Shown piece after piece: positions 1 to 8,810 of a stretch of DNA of 32,000 nucleotides; positions within the stretch are counted from its first letter, which is position 1; every line of letters begins with the position of its first letter. Source of the DNA: Candidatus Thorarchaeota archaeon (GTDB lineage: Archaea; Asgardarchaeota; Heimdallarchaeia; Hodarchaeales; Hodarchaeaceae); the NCBI GenBank assembly GCA_048882505.1, contig JBHLRO010000009.1, positions 91,894 to 123,893 on the forward strand, given 5' to 3'. The position numbers and the translations under genes are program-made. The notes beneath the pieces were generated by a model, which was given only the letters and a program-made list of their open reading frames with translations, had not been told where the DNA came from and did not search any database.

Positions 1-84
1 ACATGCTTTCTTCAATGTGACCAGGGATCAGTCACTTGGAATAACCCTCGTGGCAGTTTCGGTGTGAAATATTATACTGGGTAG
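1..84 (+). CDS. C-terminal fragment of a FixX-like ferredoxin (or FixC-FixX fusion), truncated by the window start
   Basis: Frame 1 reads TCFLQCDQGSVTWNNPRGSFGVKYYTG*, matching the FixX C-terminal pattern TC-x3-C...W-x-x-P-R-G-x-F-G-V-x-Y-x-x-G. It lies directly upstream of etfB. Not in the ORF track. Confidence 0.75.
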   Translation, partial: TCFLQCDQGSVTWNNPRGSFGVKYYTG

Positions 85-85
85 A

Positions 86-895
86 ATGGAGTCAACAATG
101 AACATTCTTGTTTTGATTAAACAGGTACCCCTCCCGAAAGAGATGAAAACGACTCAGGAGGGATTCATGGCTCGGACGGGTGTTCGTTCGATCATGAATC
201 CTTACTGTAAGCACGCTTTAGAAGAAGCTTTACGGTTTAGAGAACAAACAGGAGGAAAATGTACAGTTTTGGCAATGGGACCACCCAGTTTTGAGCAAAG
301 CCTAAAGGAAGCCTTGTCCATGGGAGCGGACGACGCCTATCTCTTAACTGACCGTCGTCTTGCTGGTTCTGACACGATGGCGACCGCCCAAGCCCTCTCA
401 AGGGCCATTAAATCCATTGAACAAAAGTTTGATATCGTATTTGCCGGGATACAAACTATTGATGGCGATACAGGACATGTAGGACCGCAAGTCGCTGAAC
501 GTATTGGATACCCTCAAATAACATACGCCGATCAGGTTATAGATAAAGGAGGAACCATCCAAGTCAGGAGGATCACGGAGCATGGCTTTGAGATCGTAGA
601 GTCAGGCTATCCCATCCTCGTGACTGTGACCAAGTATGCGAACGTTCCTAGGGGCCCTCGTCTTAAACATGCTATTAGAGCACGAAATTACGATATCAAG
701 ACGCTAAACATAGATGATATAGGTCTTAGCGAAGAAGATGCTGGAATAACTGGTTCTCCAACCATTGTTTCGAAAGTAAGAAATGTTGACTTCGATAGGC
801 CCCCGTGTCATCTGCTAGATGGAAATACGGCAGAGGAAAAAGTAGATAGATTGATTGAATTCCTAAAGCTAAACCCTCACAGGGAGGTCGCTTGA
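86..895 (+). CDS. etfB: Electron transfer flavoprotein beta subunit (FixA/EtfB); the start may be the second ATG at 98
   Basis: N-terminal ILVLIKQVP, plus MNPY, ALSMGADDAYLLTDRRLAGSDT and GIQTIDGDTGHVGPQVAE motifs. Confidence 0.95.
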   Translation: MESTMNILVLIKQVPLPKEMKTTQEGFMARTGVRSIMNPYCKHALEEALRFREQTGGKCTVLAMGPPSFEQSLKEALSMGADDAYLLTDRRLAGSDTMATAQALSRAIKSIEQKFDIVFAGIQTIDGDTGHVGPQVAERIGYPQITYADQVIDKGGTIQVRRITEHGFEIVESGYPILVTVTKYANVPRGPRLKHAIRARNYDIKTLNIDDIGLSEEDAGITGSPTIVSKVRNVDFDRPPCHLLDGNTAEEKVDRLIEFLKLNPHREVA

Positions 896-941
896 CCTGG
901 AAACAACAGAGGATTATGAAATCGTTAATCTTGGAACCCAG

Positions 942-2015
942 GTGGATGGAGTTTTTACCTTTGTAGAAACCACACGCCAAGGAGAAATCGAACCGGTCTC
1001 ATATGAAATCCTTGCCATCGGACGTACGCTAGCGGATAAATTGGGAACCTTGGTTACTGCAGTCCATTTAGGAGCCGATTTCGAGAGACTAAAGGCTCAA
1101 GCGGCAACTTTGGCGACCTACGGTGCCGATCGGGTCATTCTTGTTGCGGATAGCCAACTTAATTCGCAAGCCTACCCTACTTTACCCTACACGAGGGCTC
1201 TAACCCAGCTTATCATTCACTATAAGCCAGAAATATTCTTATTTGGTGCCACAACCACTGGGCGGGACCTTGCCCCAAGAGTGGCGGCACGATGTAATGC
1301 AGGACTCTCTGCTGATTGCACCGCGTTCGATATTGGCGACTACTTATACAAAAAAGAGAAGAAGCTATACAAAAAGCTAGCAAATTTCATTCGTCCCTCC
1401 TTTGCTGAGGCGAAACTGGCCACCATCTTGGGTAATCCAAGAAAATTCACGTATCCCCAAATGGGAACAGCACGACCGGGAGCATTTACTCCCCTAACCC
1501 CAGATCCATCACGTTCACCAAAAATAGAACAGTTCGCTGTTTCATTCCAGTCAGGGGATTTAGATGTTACTATTCGAGAAATAATCCCAACAACGAAGGA
1601 TTTTGTAGATTTTGACCGAGCTCAGATAATAGTATCTGGAGGATCCGGAGTCACCAGAGAAGATTTCTCCGGACTGTTGCCGGAACTGGTTCAAGCCATT
1701 AATACGAATGGTCAGTCCTGCGAACTTGGCGCTAGTCGTCGTGCGGTTGAAGAAGGTAAAATTTCCAGACCCCACCAGGTTGGGCAAACAGGCCGTACTG
1801 TTAGACCTGATTACTATATTGCCATCGGGATTTCTGGAGCAATCCAACATATTGAGGGTATGAAGAACGCCAAACGCATCATCGCAATTAACAAGAATCC
1901 TGATGCTCGAATTTTTAGTTTTGCTGATGTTGGAATAATAGACGATTATCAGAACGTTATCCCCCCTTTTCTACAAAGAATCAAGGATGGATTTCGATTT
2001 CCTGAAGTTCCCTAA
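942..2015 (+). CDS. etfA: Electron transfer flavoprotein alpha subunit (FixB/EtfA)
   Basis: GRDLAPRVAAR, GLSADCT, IIVSGGSGV, GASRRAV, QVGQTGRTVRP and YIAIGISGAIQHIEGM FAD-binding motifs. GTG start. Confidence 0.95.
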   Translation: MDGVFTFVETTRQGEIEPVSYEILAIGRTLADKLGTLVTAVHLGADFERLKAQAATLATYGADRVILVADSQLNSQAYPTLPYTRALTQLIIHYKPEIFLFGATTTGRDLAPRVAARCNAGLSADCTAFDIGDYLYKKEKKLYKKLANFIRPSFAEAKLATILGNPRKFTYPQMGTARPGAFTPLTPDPSRSPKIEQFAVSFQSGDLDVTIREIIPTTKDFVDFDRAQIIVSGGSGVTREDFSGLLPELVQAINTNGQSCELGASRRAVEEGKISRPHQVGQTGRTVRPDYYIAIGISGAIQHIEGMKNAKRIIAINKNPDARIFSFADVGIIDDYQNVIPPFLQRIKDGFRFPEVP

Positions 2016-2081
2016 GAAGAAAATGCAAAAAGGAAAAAACAGAGTTTTTAAGATACTCTAAGGACAAGGATACGTATAAAG

Positions 2082-2318
2082 ATGAACGCTGACACTATTA
2101 ACTTGGATGTCCGAACTCTACATGAAGACGCCAAATGCAGGGCAACCATTTTTGAGAATTGGGAGAAAATTAAGCCAGGACAAACCTTAAGGATCACGAA
2201 TAGCCACGATCCCCAACCTCTCAAGGGGAGATTTGAAAGAATCTTTACAAATCAGTTTAGTTGGGAATACGAACTCCGTGGTCCCGAGATTTGGATTATT
2301 CGAATTACTAAACGCTAA
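2082..2318 (+). CDS. DUF2249-domain small protein
   Basis: LDVR...IF..W..IKPG..L.I.N.HDP.PL...F......F.WEY...GPE.W.I.I pattern typical of DUF2249. Confidence 0.8.
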   Translation: MNADTINLDVRTLHEDAKCRATIFENWEKIKPGQTLRITNSHDPQPLKGRFERIFTNQFSWEYELRGPEIWIIRITKR

Positions 2319-2340
2319 TCCAAATCAGATCTTTGAAGTC

Positions 2341-3513
2341 TTACGGTCGTTCCCAAGGGAAATAGGAATATTTCTGCACCGCTTCTAACATAGAAAGAGC
2401 AAATCCCAGTAGAACGAGCATTGCTGGCCATCCTGAAGTTTCAGCTAAAAATTTTACCTCTGGAATCCAGTTGAGGCCTAAATTTCCTATGATTCTCAGA
2501 ATTAGCGCCCCCCAGAGGAGAACAGGCCAAATCAGTCCGCCGCGAAGCTTTTGAATCGGGGCCTTTCCGATTAATCCCGGAAAAATGAGTGGAGCGTGCC
2601 CAATGACCATAGAGAGTATAAATCCGATAGTAATTGAATGTAGGGCCGAATCATATATCCCAACAAGCGGAAGAGATACACTATATGCCCCTAGAAGTAG
2701 GAGTCCAAAACCTAACCAAGAATAGGCTCCTCTAAGAATCCACCGCTGATAATTCCTAATCCATGTTGAACCCTGGATTGAAGTTAATCCCGTATCAAAT
2801 ACGATTAAAAAGACAAGGATGAGGGTCATCATCCCCAAAAAGACTTGAAACATTAGGGTAGATGCAAAAATCAAGTCTCCAAATGCAACAAATGGTAAAA
2901 CTATTCCTCCTCCAACAACAACTCTGAACACTATATTTGGTACACTCCCAAGATCCAAACGCTCTCCAAGAACTATTAAAACCAAGTACAAAACTAGGTA
3001 CAGATAAAGCCTATGCAGATTCCAGTTTAGAATGAGTAAAAGTGCCATACCACCCAGAAGGAAAGAAGCAAGAATGAGGAAACTGGAACTACCCCGTGAC
3101 TGAGGAATCGTTCGGAAGACCCATGACTGAGCCCAAATCATAAAAAATAATCCAATTAATGTCCAAAACCACCCTAGATACCAGAGGATTGAATTTTGAC
3201 CGTTTATCCATAGTGGCAGTAGATTAAGAAGAAAGCATGCTGCGCTCAGACCTGGAGGGACTATCAGGAACTCCGATGTCCATCGACCTGGATGTTCAAT
3301 GGAACCACGTGCCTCCCATCGCTCCAAGTAGATTACAAGATTAAAAAAACCGAGTATAATTATTTCGGGATGTGCTACGAAGACGGAAACCGTTAGATAT
3401 GGGGGAAGAGGAATCGATGGAAATCCAAGACGAAGTACTCCAATCAAAATGCCAGTTACGGCGGACAGCATTGCCAGAAATAACGCAGGATACCGAAACT
3501 GAGTGATTATCAT
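2341..3513 (-). CDS. Polytopic membrane protein of the NnrS-like / heme-copper-oxidase-related family
   Basis: About 12 hydrophobic segments. Conserved His motifs HPEIIILGFFNLVIYLER and DSALHSITIGFILSMVIGHAPLIFP. Confidence 0.65.
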   Translation of the reverse strand: MIITQFRYPALFLAMLSAVTGILIGVLRLGFPSIPLPPYLTVSVFVAHPEIIILGFFNLVIYLERWEARGSIEHPGRWTSEFLIVPPGLSAACFLLNLLPLWINGQNSILWYLGWFWTLIGLFFMIWAQSWVFRTIPQSRGSSSFLILASFLLGGMALLLILNWNLHRLYLYLVLYLVLIVLGERLDLGSVPNIVFRVVVGGGIVLPFVAFGDLIFASTLMFQVFLGMMTLILVFLIVFDTGLTSIQGSTWIRNYQRWILRGAYSWLGFGLLLLGAYSVSLPLVGIYDSALHSITIGFILSMVIGHAPLIFPGLIGKAPIQKLRGGLIWPVLLWGALILRIIGNLGLNWIPEVKFLAETSGWPAMLVLLGFALSMLEAVQKYSYFPWERP

Positions 3514-3607
3514 ACTAGACTTCCGAATGCGCCCTGTTTTATCATCTATCGTGTTTGGTATGAAGTGTGCCTACAAATATTTGACTGGTGAGTCCATCGA
3601 TCCCTAA

Positions 3608-4303
3608 TTAGGCGTCTGCGGTTTCCTGAATTAACTGTACAACCTGACCAACAACAAGATCAATGGTCCAATCTACAGAAGTATGTTTAGCCCTAACGTG
3701 ACCGGATCCATCAATGATAGATAATCCCATGTTATGTACCATAATTGTGTGATTCTCATGGCGAGTGTTATGAATTTCAGTAAGAGTAGAACCCCAATCT
3801 GCTGCAGACACTAGATTGCTTGTAACATTAGGATATCCCGCAAAAATACCGTAAGCACTTGTAACGTGTTCAATCTGACTTTCGTTTCCCCATAAAAAGG
3901 ACCATACAGAAGGATCAGCGCCATATTTCTGGGAATAATTCTTCATATCATCTAAACCATCATTCAGCCAGTCGAAAGAAATCGAAAGTAAATGGAAATC
4001 AAGGCCAGTAAACCCCTTATCTAAGAGGGCAGACTGAACACCTTTTAGCATTGAAGAACTAAGCGGGCACTTAGTCAAATCAGGACAGTTTGTATATATG
4101 AAGTCTACTACTACTACCCGTTCTCCGCTATTATAAGTTGCGAGTGTCACAGCTTCGTTGTTCTCATCCTTAAGGGTAAAATCAGGGGCAAGACCGAAGT
4201 CTGCTAATGGTTCTTTATAGGTCAAAATCATAAAAAGCGTTCCCGAAATCAATATTAGTGCTATCACTCCAATACCCAGAGTAAGCGTTCTATATGAGAC
4301 CAT
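3608..4303 (-). CDS. SCO1/SenC family copper chaperone, membrane anchored
   Basis: N-terminal TM helix, APDFTLKDEN, FIYTNCPDLTKCP (Cx5C variant of CxxxC), LLSISFD, and distal His in HNMGLSIIDGSGHVR. Confidence 0.88.
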   Translation of the reverse strand: MVSYRTLTLGIGVIALILISGTLFMILTYKEPLADFGLAPDFTLKDENNEAVTLATYNSGERVVVVDFIYTNCPDLTKCPLSSSMLKGVQSALLDKGFTGLDFHLLSISFDWLNDGLDDMKNYSQKYGADPSVWSFLWGNESQIEHVTSAYGIFAGYPNVTSNLVSAADWGSTLTEIHNTRHENHTIMVHNMGLSIIDGSGHVRAKHTSVDWTIDLVVGQVVQLIQETADA

Positions 4304-4540
4304 CCTGGTTATACCTTCTCATATAACGACTGCTATTTCTTATTTTAACCGCTTGCATACGAATGTACTAAAGATCGGTTGGAAGTGTTTGCAGATCAAT
4401 ACTTCAGCCAAAATACCCCAGATACTAATATCCGTCCGGTTTCAATATAGACCGATCAGTACCAATTAATGATTTTGTCAAACGCATTGGGCCTATGGAT
4501 CGGATTTACCGGAAACCTTGGTTGAATATTCACGATGCGA

Positions 4541-5245
4541 CTATCGCGTACGGCTGATTTTTCTTAAATATATGTGATCAGTCACATCATGTTCTAGAGC
4601 GATCACCATTTCATCTACTTTCACGACACTTCCAGGTGATTTATGTAGGATATCAATTCTCCTCCCTGGAATTAAACCGAAATCCATCAGCTTCTTTAAT
4701 CGACGGTACTTGGTGGTCGCAATGTATGCCACAACAGCGCTATGGCCAGGTTCTACCTCGGTTAGCGGAAGTATAGCAGGCTGAGCAGTTTTCTTATGGT
4801 TTTTGCAACAGACACCTTCAGGTATTGAACGCTGGTGAGGACAGACAGTAGGGTGCCCGAGGAGTGTACACACCTGTGTTTCAACGTCCGCCTTCAGTAC
4901 ATGTTCCCAAGAACATGCAGTAGATTCAATTTGATTCGAAGGAAGGCTGAGAATATCAGCGAGCATTCTTTCCGCCAATCGGTGTCTTCGGACTGCTTTT
5001 CGACCCTTAAGCCGTCCTTGGGAGGTAAGACTGATGAGACCACCAGGATGTATCCTCAGAATATCCCCTTTTTTCAGCAGATCATCAAGTATTAGCTCAA
5101 CATTTAGATTGTGATCTTTAACATTCTCTTTTAGGGTCTCAATACCGATTGATCCATTACCTGCCGTCTCTTCTTTGAAAACCAACCAAAGGTGTTCCAA
5201 GAGTTCCTCTTCATGTTGTATTGATGACTCACTCAGATTGGTCAC
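4541..5245 (-). CDS. DtxR/MntR-family metal-binding protein fused to a C-terminal FeoA (SH3-like) domain; start re-called to GTG at 5245
   Basis: RRHRLAERML, ACSWEH and LGHPTVCPH...IPEG.CC motifs. C-terminal PLTEVEPG...LMDFGLIPG FeoA domain. The ORF-track extension to 5416 overlaps a better Cys-rich ORF in another frame. Confidence 0.85.
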   Translation of the reverse strand: MTNLSESSIQHEEELLEHLWLVFKEETAGNGSIGIETLKENVKDHNLNVELILDDLLKKGDILRIHPGGLISLTSQGRLKGRKAVRRHRLAERMLADILSLPSNQIESTACSWEHVLKADVETQVCTLLGHPTVCPHQRSIPEGVCCKNHKKTAQPAILPLTEVEPGHSAVVAYIATTKYRRLKKLMDFGLIPGRRIDILHKSPGSVVKVDEMVIALEHDVTDHIYLRKISRTR

Positions 5246-5465
5246 CCATGTTTGTTTTAACGATTGCAGACTTGATTTTTCTGTAAAACTTCCCAAGTGT
5301 CGTCTGGTGGTGCGGAAAAGAGTAACCGCAATTAGGGCACCTAATAAGATCGCATGATAAGAGACAAGAAGAACAAAGCGTATTGCACTCTTCATTAGGT
5401 GAGAATGTATACCCACACAGGCTACATTGAATATTTAACTTGCCATTTTTGCCAGGAATAATTAT
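5229..5465 (-). CDS. Small Cys-rich (8 Cys) metal-binding protein, FeoB-associated/FeoC-like; start codon non-canonical or uncertain
   Basis: Hand translation: IIIPGKNGKLNIQCSLCGYTFSPNEECNTLCSSCLLSCDLIRCPNCGYSFPHHQTTLGKFYRKIKSAIVKTNMGDQSE*. It has CxxC-x9-C-x3-CxxC-x3-C-x4-CxxC, fills the gap between feoB and the DtxR gene, and has GGAGGTG 7 nt upstream of an ATA. Confidence 0.75.
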   Translation of the reverse strand: MIIPGKNGKLNIQCSLCGYTFSPNEECNTLCSSCLLSCDLIRCPNCGYSFPHHQTTLGKFYRKIKSAIVKTNMGDQSE

Positions 5466-7687
5466 AGGATGACACCTCCTGCACTCAGGAACAAGTTCAC
5501 AATAGCTCCAACAAGAATAGCAAAGGGAATTATAAATAATACCATAATTAGCGCCGTTTTCATTCCATGCTCTTTAGCTATAACGAAGAAATTTGCAATA
5601 CATGGAACGAAAAGCGTGAGTACAATTGTACCCACGACAATCTGATTGGTTCCGATGAGGCCTTGGGTTGCCATGTCATAAAAACCAGCAGCTCCATAAT
5701 CTCTTCGTAGAAAACCTAAGATGTACATTACAGTTGCTTGAGGAGGTAAACCCAGTAATGTCACAACAACGGGTTTAGAAAGTTCTAGAATGACATCCAA
5801 GAATTTGGGTTCCAATAAAAAGCCAATATTGGGAAACAAGATAATAAAGTATGTGGTGATTTGGTTCGGAATTTGAGAGAGGTAGAAGGAAAGAAACAGC
5901 AGGGGCAGAAGAAAATATGATGTGATTTTGGAAGAAAAGATTGGACTTTTATCTAACTTCCGAATTGGGACGGTTCTCCATAGCATTATGAAAATGACGA
6001 AGAGAATTGAGTATTGAAGGAGTTCCAAGACATTAAAATTGGCCAAAAAAGAGATGAACAACGTTCCAATTATGAACAAAGGGATTGCTTCTTTCAGGAA
6101 CCATTCAACCCGTCCCCAGGTTTTTAATATGATGTTCTTGGTTGGAAAACGTAAGGGAGGAAGTTCCATAATAAAATCCGATTTCTCTCCAGGAAGCAGC
6201 TTGCTGACTAAAAAGGTTACAAGCATCAATTGACTGAAGACAACGCCAAAAACAGTCATCATTCCGATGGGCGAAATATACGTCATGATGCCAAAAATAA
6301 CAGCAAGTTGGGCAGAGCAGGGTATCCCCAGAGCAATAGCTAATGTAGCAATTATGCGTTCTTTTCGAGTTTCCAGGATTCGTGTTGTCATCGTCGCCAT
6401 TGTCCCGCATCCTGTGCCAAGAACAATTGGCAGAACTGCTTTTCCATTCAGACCAACCTTGCGAAAGAGACGATCTGCCAAAAAAGCCAATCTTGGGAGA
6501 TATCCTGAGTCTTCAAGAATAGCAAATGCAATGAAAAAACTTGTGACGACTGGGAAAACTATCGCGATGGCGTAGGTTAACCCGAATGTAATTATTCCGT
6601 ACTCTCCTACCAAAAATTTCTGAAGAATTGGAATAGGAATCCCTGTCTCTACTAATTCCACTAAAAAGGGATTGATCAGTTCGCCAAATATCCTCCTCTC
6701 AATTAAATCAACCAATTCTCCCGCTCCTATAATTCCTACAAAAAAAAACATAGCCAGAATTGTAAGGAAGAAAATCGGAACACCAGTCACAGGATTCAGA
6801 GTAAGTTCATCAAGGGCTTTTCTAAAGGATCTTTCCTTGACCGGAACAATGCTTTGGCACTCAACAATGATCGTGGACACCGTTAAATCTTGCTGTTTTT
6901 TCATAGATACATAAAAAGGAATCAGCCCATCTCCCTGTAAACCCTCCATAGCCGCTCTGAGTTGTAGTGATAAAGATGAATCAGAAAAATCCTTAGTTAG
7001 ATCAAGGATTTCCCTTTCTCCTTGTAGAAATAATTCAGCGCTAGCCCGCGGATCCAAATAATTTGGAAACTCTTCTGCTCCGCTAAGAATTGATTGGATT
7101 TCGGAGATTGCCTCTGATATTTTGGGGGAATATTCAACGAAAAACATTCCTTGTTCGGTTCTAGGTTTCCTATCGCTAATTTCCTTCACTAATTCAAGAG
7201 TTCCCTGATTTTTTGTGGCAACGGTGGGGATCACAGGGACACCAAGCCATCTGCTTAACTTTCGGATATTGATCTGTATTCCCAGATTTTCCGCTTCATC
7301 TTTCATATTCAATACTAGAATAATGGGGGTTTTTGGCAGCAGTACCAATAACTGACGAGTCAGGAAAAGCGTTCTCCGCAGGTTTTTCATATCCCCTACC
7401 TGTACAATTACGTCAGCTGGACCCTCTATCAATATTTTTTTTGTGATACGTTCATCCTCGGATCCAGGGATAAGGCTATTTGTACCTGGAGTATCGATTA
7501 CAAGGTTGTTTGTGCCAATCATTTTACCCGTGGAAACCTCAACCGTGGTACCAGGATAATTTGAAACAGTAACGTACTTTCCAGTTAAATTACGAAAAAG
7601 AACCGATTTCCCAACGTTTGGATTACCAACAAGAACAACAGCATTCTTATGGCGTGAATGCTCGGGATGTACTTGGTGATCGTGCAC
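5462..7687 (-). CDS. feoB: Ferrous iron transporter FeoB
   Basis: G1 GNPNVGKS, G2 NYPGTT, G3 DTPG, G4 NMKD; membrane domain LEDSGYLPRLAF, GTGCG, IPCSAQ, FIMELPP, PCIA. Confidence 0.97.
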   Translation of the reverse strand: MHDHQVHPEHSRHKNAVVLVGNPNVGKSVLFRNLTGKYVTVSNYPGTTVEVSTGKMIGTNNLVIDTPGTNSLIPGSEDERITKKILIEGPADVIVQVGDMKNLRRTLFLTRQLLVLLPKTPIILVLNMKDEAENLGIQINIRKLSRWLGVPVIPTVATKNQGTLELVKEISDRKPRTEQGMFFVEYSPKISEAISEIQSILSGAEEFPNYLDPRASAELFLQGEREILDLTKDFSDSSLSLQLRAAMEGLQGDGLIPFYVSMKKQQDLTVSTIIVECQSIVPVKERSFRKALDELTLNPVTGVPIFFLTILAMFFFVGIIGAGELVDLIERRIFGELINPFLVELVETGIPIPILQKFLVGEYGIITFGLTYAIAIVFPVVTSFFIAFAILEDSGYLPRLAFLADRLFRKVGLNGKAVLPIVLGTGCGTMATMTTRILETRKERIIATLAIALGIPCSAQLAVIFGIMTYISPIGMMTVFGVVFSQLMLVTFLVSKLLPGEKSDFIMELPPLRFPTKNIILKTWGRVEWFLKEAIPLFIIGTLFISFLANFNVLELLQYSILFVIFIMLWRTVPIRKLDKSPIFSSKITSYFLLPLLFLSFYLSQIPNQITTYFIILFPNIGFLLEPKFLDVILELSKPVVVTLLGLPPQATVMYILGFLRRDYGAAGFYDMATQGLIGTNQIVVGTIVLTLFVPCIANFFVIAKEHGMKTALIMVLFIIPFAILVGAIVNLFLSAGGVIL

Positions 7688-7746
7688 CAGAACCTTCTCT
7701 TTTAGTGTTTACATTAGATGCTTCTGTCCTGTCCTATAGCTTTCGA

Positions 7747-7778
7747 ATATAAAAAAGTTCACACGAGGGAACTTTTTT
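7747..7778 (-). promoter_or_regulatory. Putative feoB promoter (TTTATATT on the minus strand) overlapped by a perfect inverted repeat AAAAAAGTTC-N8-GAACTTTTTT
   Basis: Arms at 7751-7760 and 7769-7778, about 65-90 nt upstream of the feoB start. Confidence 0.45.
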
Positions 7779-7828
7779 TCCTTTGGCGGTGAAACGGTGC
7801 AAATCTTGATTGAGGGCAAGGTAAAAGG

Positions 7829-7856
7829 ATGAAAATTATTGACCGCATATTTTCAT
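7829..7856. repeat. Inverted repeat ATGAAAAT-N12-ATTTTCAT between lysE and feoB
   Basis: Perfect 8-bp arms at 7829-7836 and 7849-7856. Confidence 0.5.
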
Positions 7857-7963
7857 TAAACAGTCTGATGCAGAGCGAAAACTACTGGAACAGCGGTACC
7901 GTGGAAAAAAAGAGTTCTGATACACAACCGAGTTCATTAGAAGAGTTAATGTGAAACCTATAA

Positions 7964-8689
7964 TCAAATCAATCCAAAACCCGCGAGTACTTCCAGAAGA
8001 GCATTCCAAGTCTCAACTAGCATCAGACCAGCGAAATAGAGAAGAATCAGAGCTGTTCCTTTCGTGATCCATTGAAACAACCTGGGATTAGGCAAACGAC
8101 CAACTATTGACAACAGAGTAGGGAAGAGGAGTACCCACGCCATGATACCCGATAGGAACATTATTACTACAAGGACACGAACAGCCAAATCAGCGGTCAT
8201 CGCCAAGTCACTAAACAATATAAGTGTACCAACACTTATCCACCAACCATAGGTCAAGGGGGAAGTAACAACCAATGAAAATCCAGTTAAATATTGGTGA
8301 GCAAACTTTCGTTTCCACATAGGTCTTGTTCCCTGTTGGTCCGGGATTTCTTCATAGCTCGATAATTGAGGGGGTTCACTCACCAAAGCGGAAAACCCCA
8401 AATATCCTAATATCAAGACATTCAATGTGAATAATCCTAATCGAATCAATGGGTTTGAAAAGAGATTTATGAGAATTTCTCCTCCTATGGTTAAGGCGCT
8501 GAAAGCTATTAAAAAATCGCCAGTCATAGCCCCAATTCCAGTAAGAACAGCTGCGATCCATTTAATATTTTCCGATATTGATCTATCTAGAATGGTTTTA
8601 ATCATTTCAACATTTACTGGCCCTAGGGGTACGGCGAGGGTAAATCCTAGGGCTGCCACAATGACCCAAGTTTCAAAAATGCTTACCAA
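7964..8689 (-). CDS. LysE/RhtB family amino-acid exporter
   Basis: GFTLAVPLGPVNV...GIGAMTGD N-terminal motif, GFSLVVTSP...WW motif, about 6 TM helices. TTG start. Confidence 0.85.
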   Translation of the reverse strand: MVSIFETWVIVAALGFTLAVPLGPVNVEMIKTILDRSISENIKWIAAVLTGIGAMTGDFLIAFSALTIGGEILINLFSNPLIRLGLFTLNVLILGYLGFSALVSEPPQLSSYEEIPDQQGTRPMWKRKFAHQYLTGFSLVVTSPLTYGWWISVGTLILFSDLAMTADLAVRVLVVIMFLSGIMAWVLLFPTLLSIVGRLPNPRLFQWITKGTALILLYFAGLMLVETWNALLEVLAGFGLI

Positions 8690-8810
8690 AACGGTAAACC
8701 ACCCGGAAATGGTCTAAAGAACGTCAAAAACGGGGAGAACGGAAATTCATTTTTAGTTATGCATGCTGACGTTCATTGCTCTCCTAGGAAATATATTTGG
8801 TTGATCTAAG

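Noticed and set aside
5246-5416. Hydrophobic N-terminal extension of the DtxR ORF (apparent membrane-anchored regulator)
   Set aside because: The same DNA encodes a far more convincing 8-Cys protein in another frame, and a GTG at 5245 gives a normal-length DtxR-FeoA.
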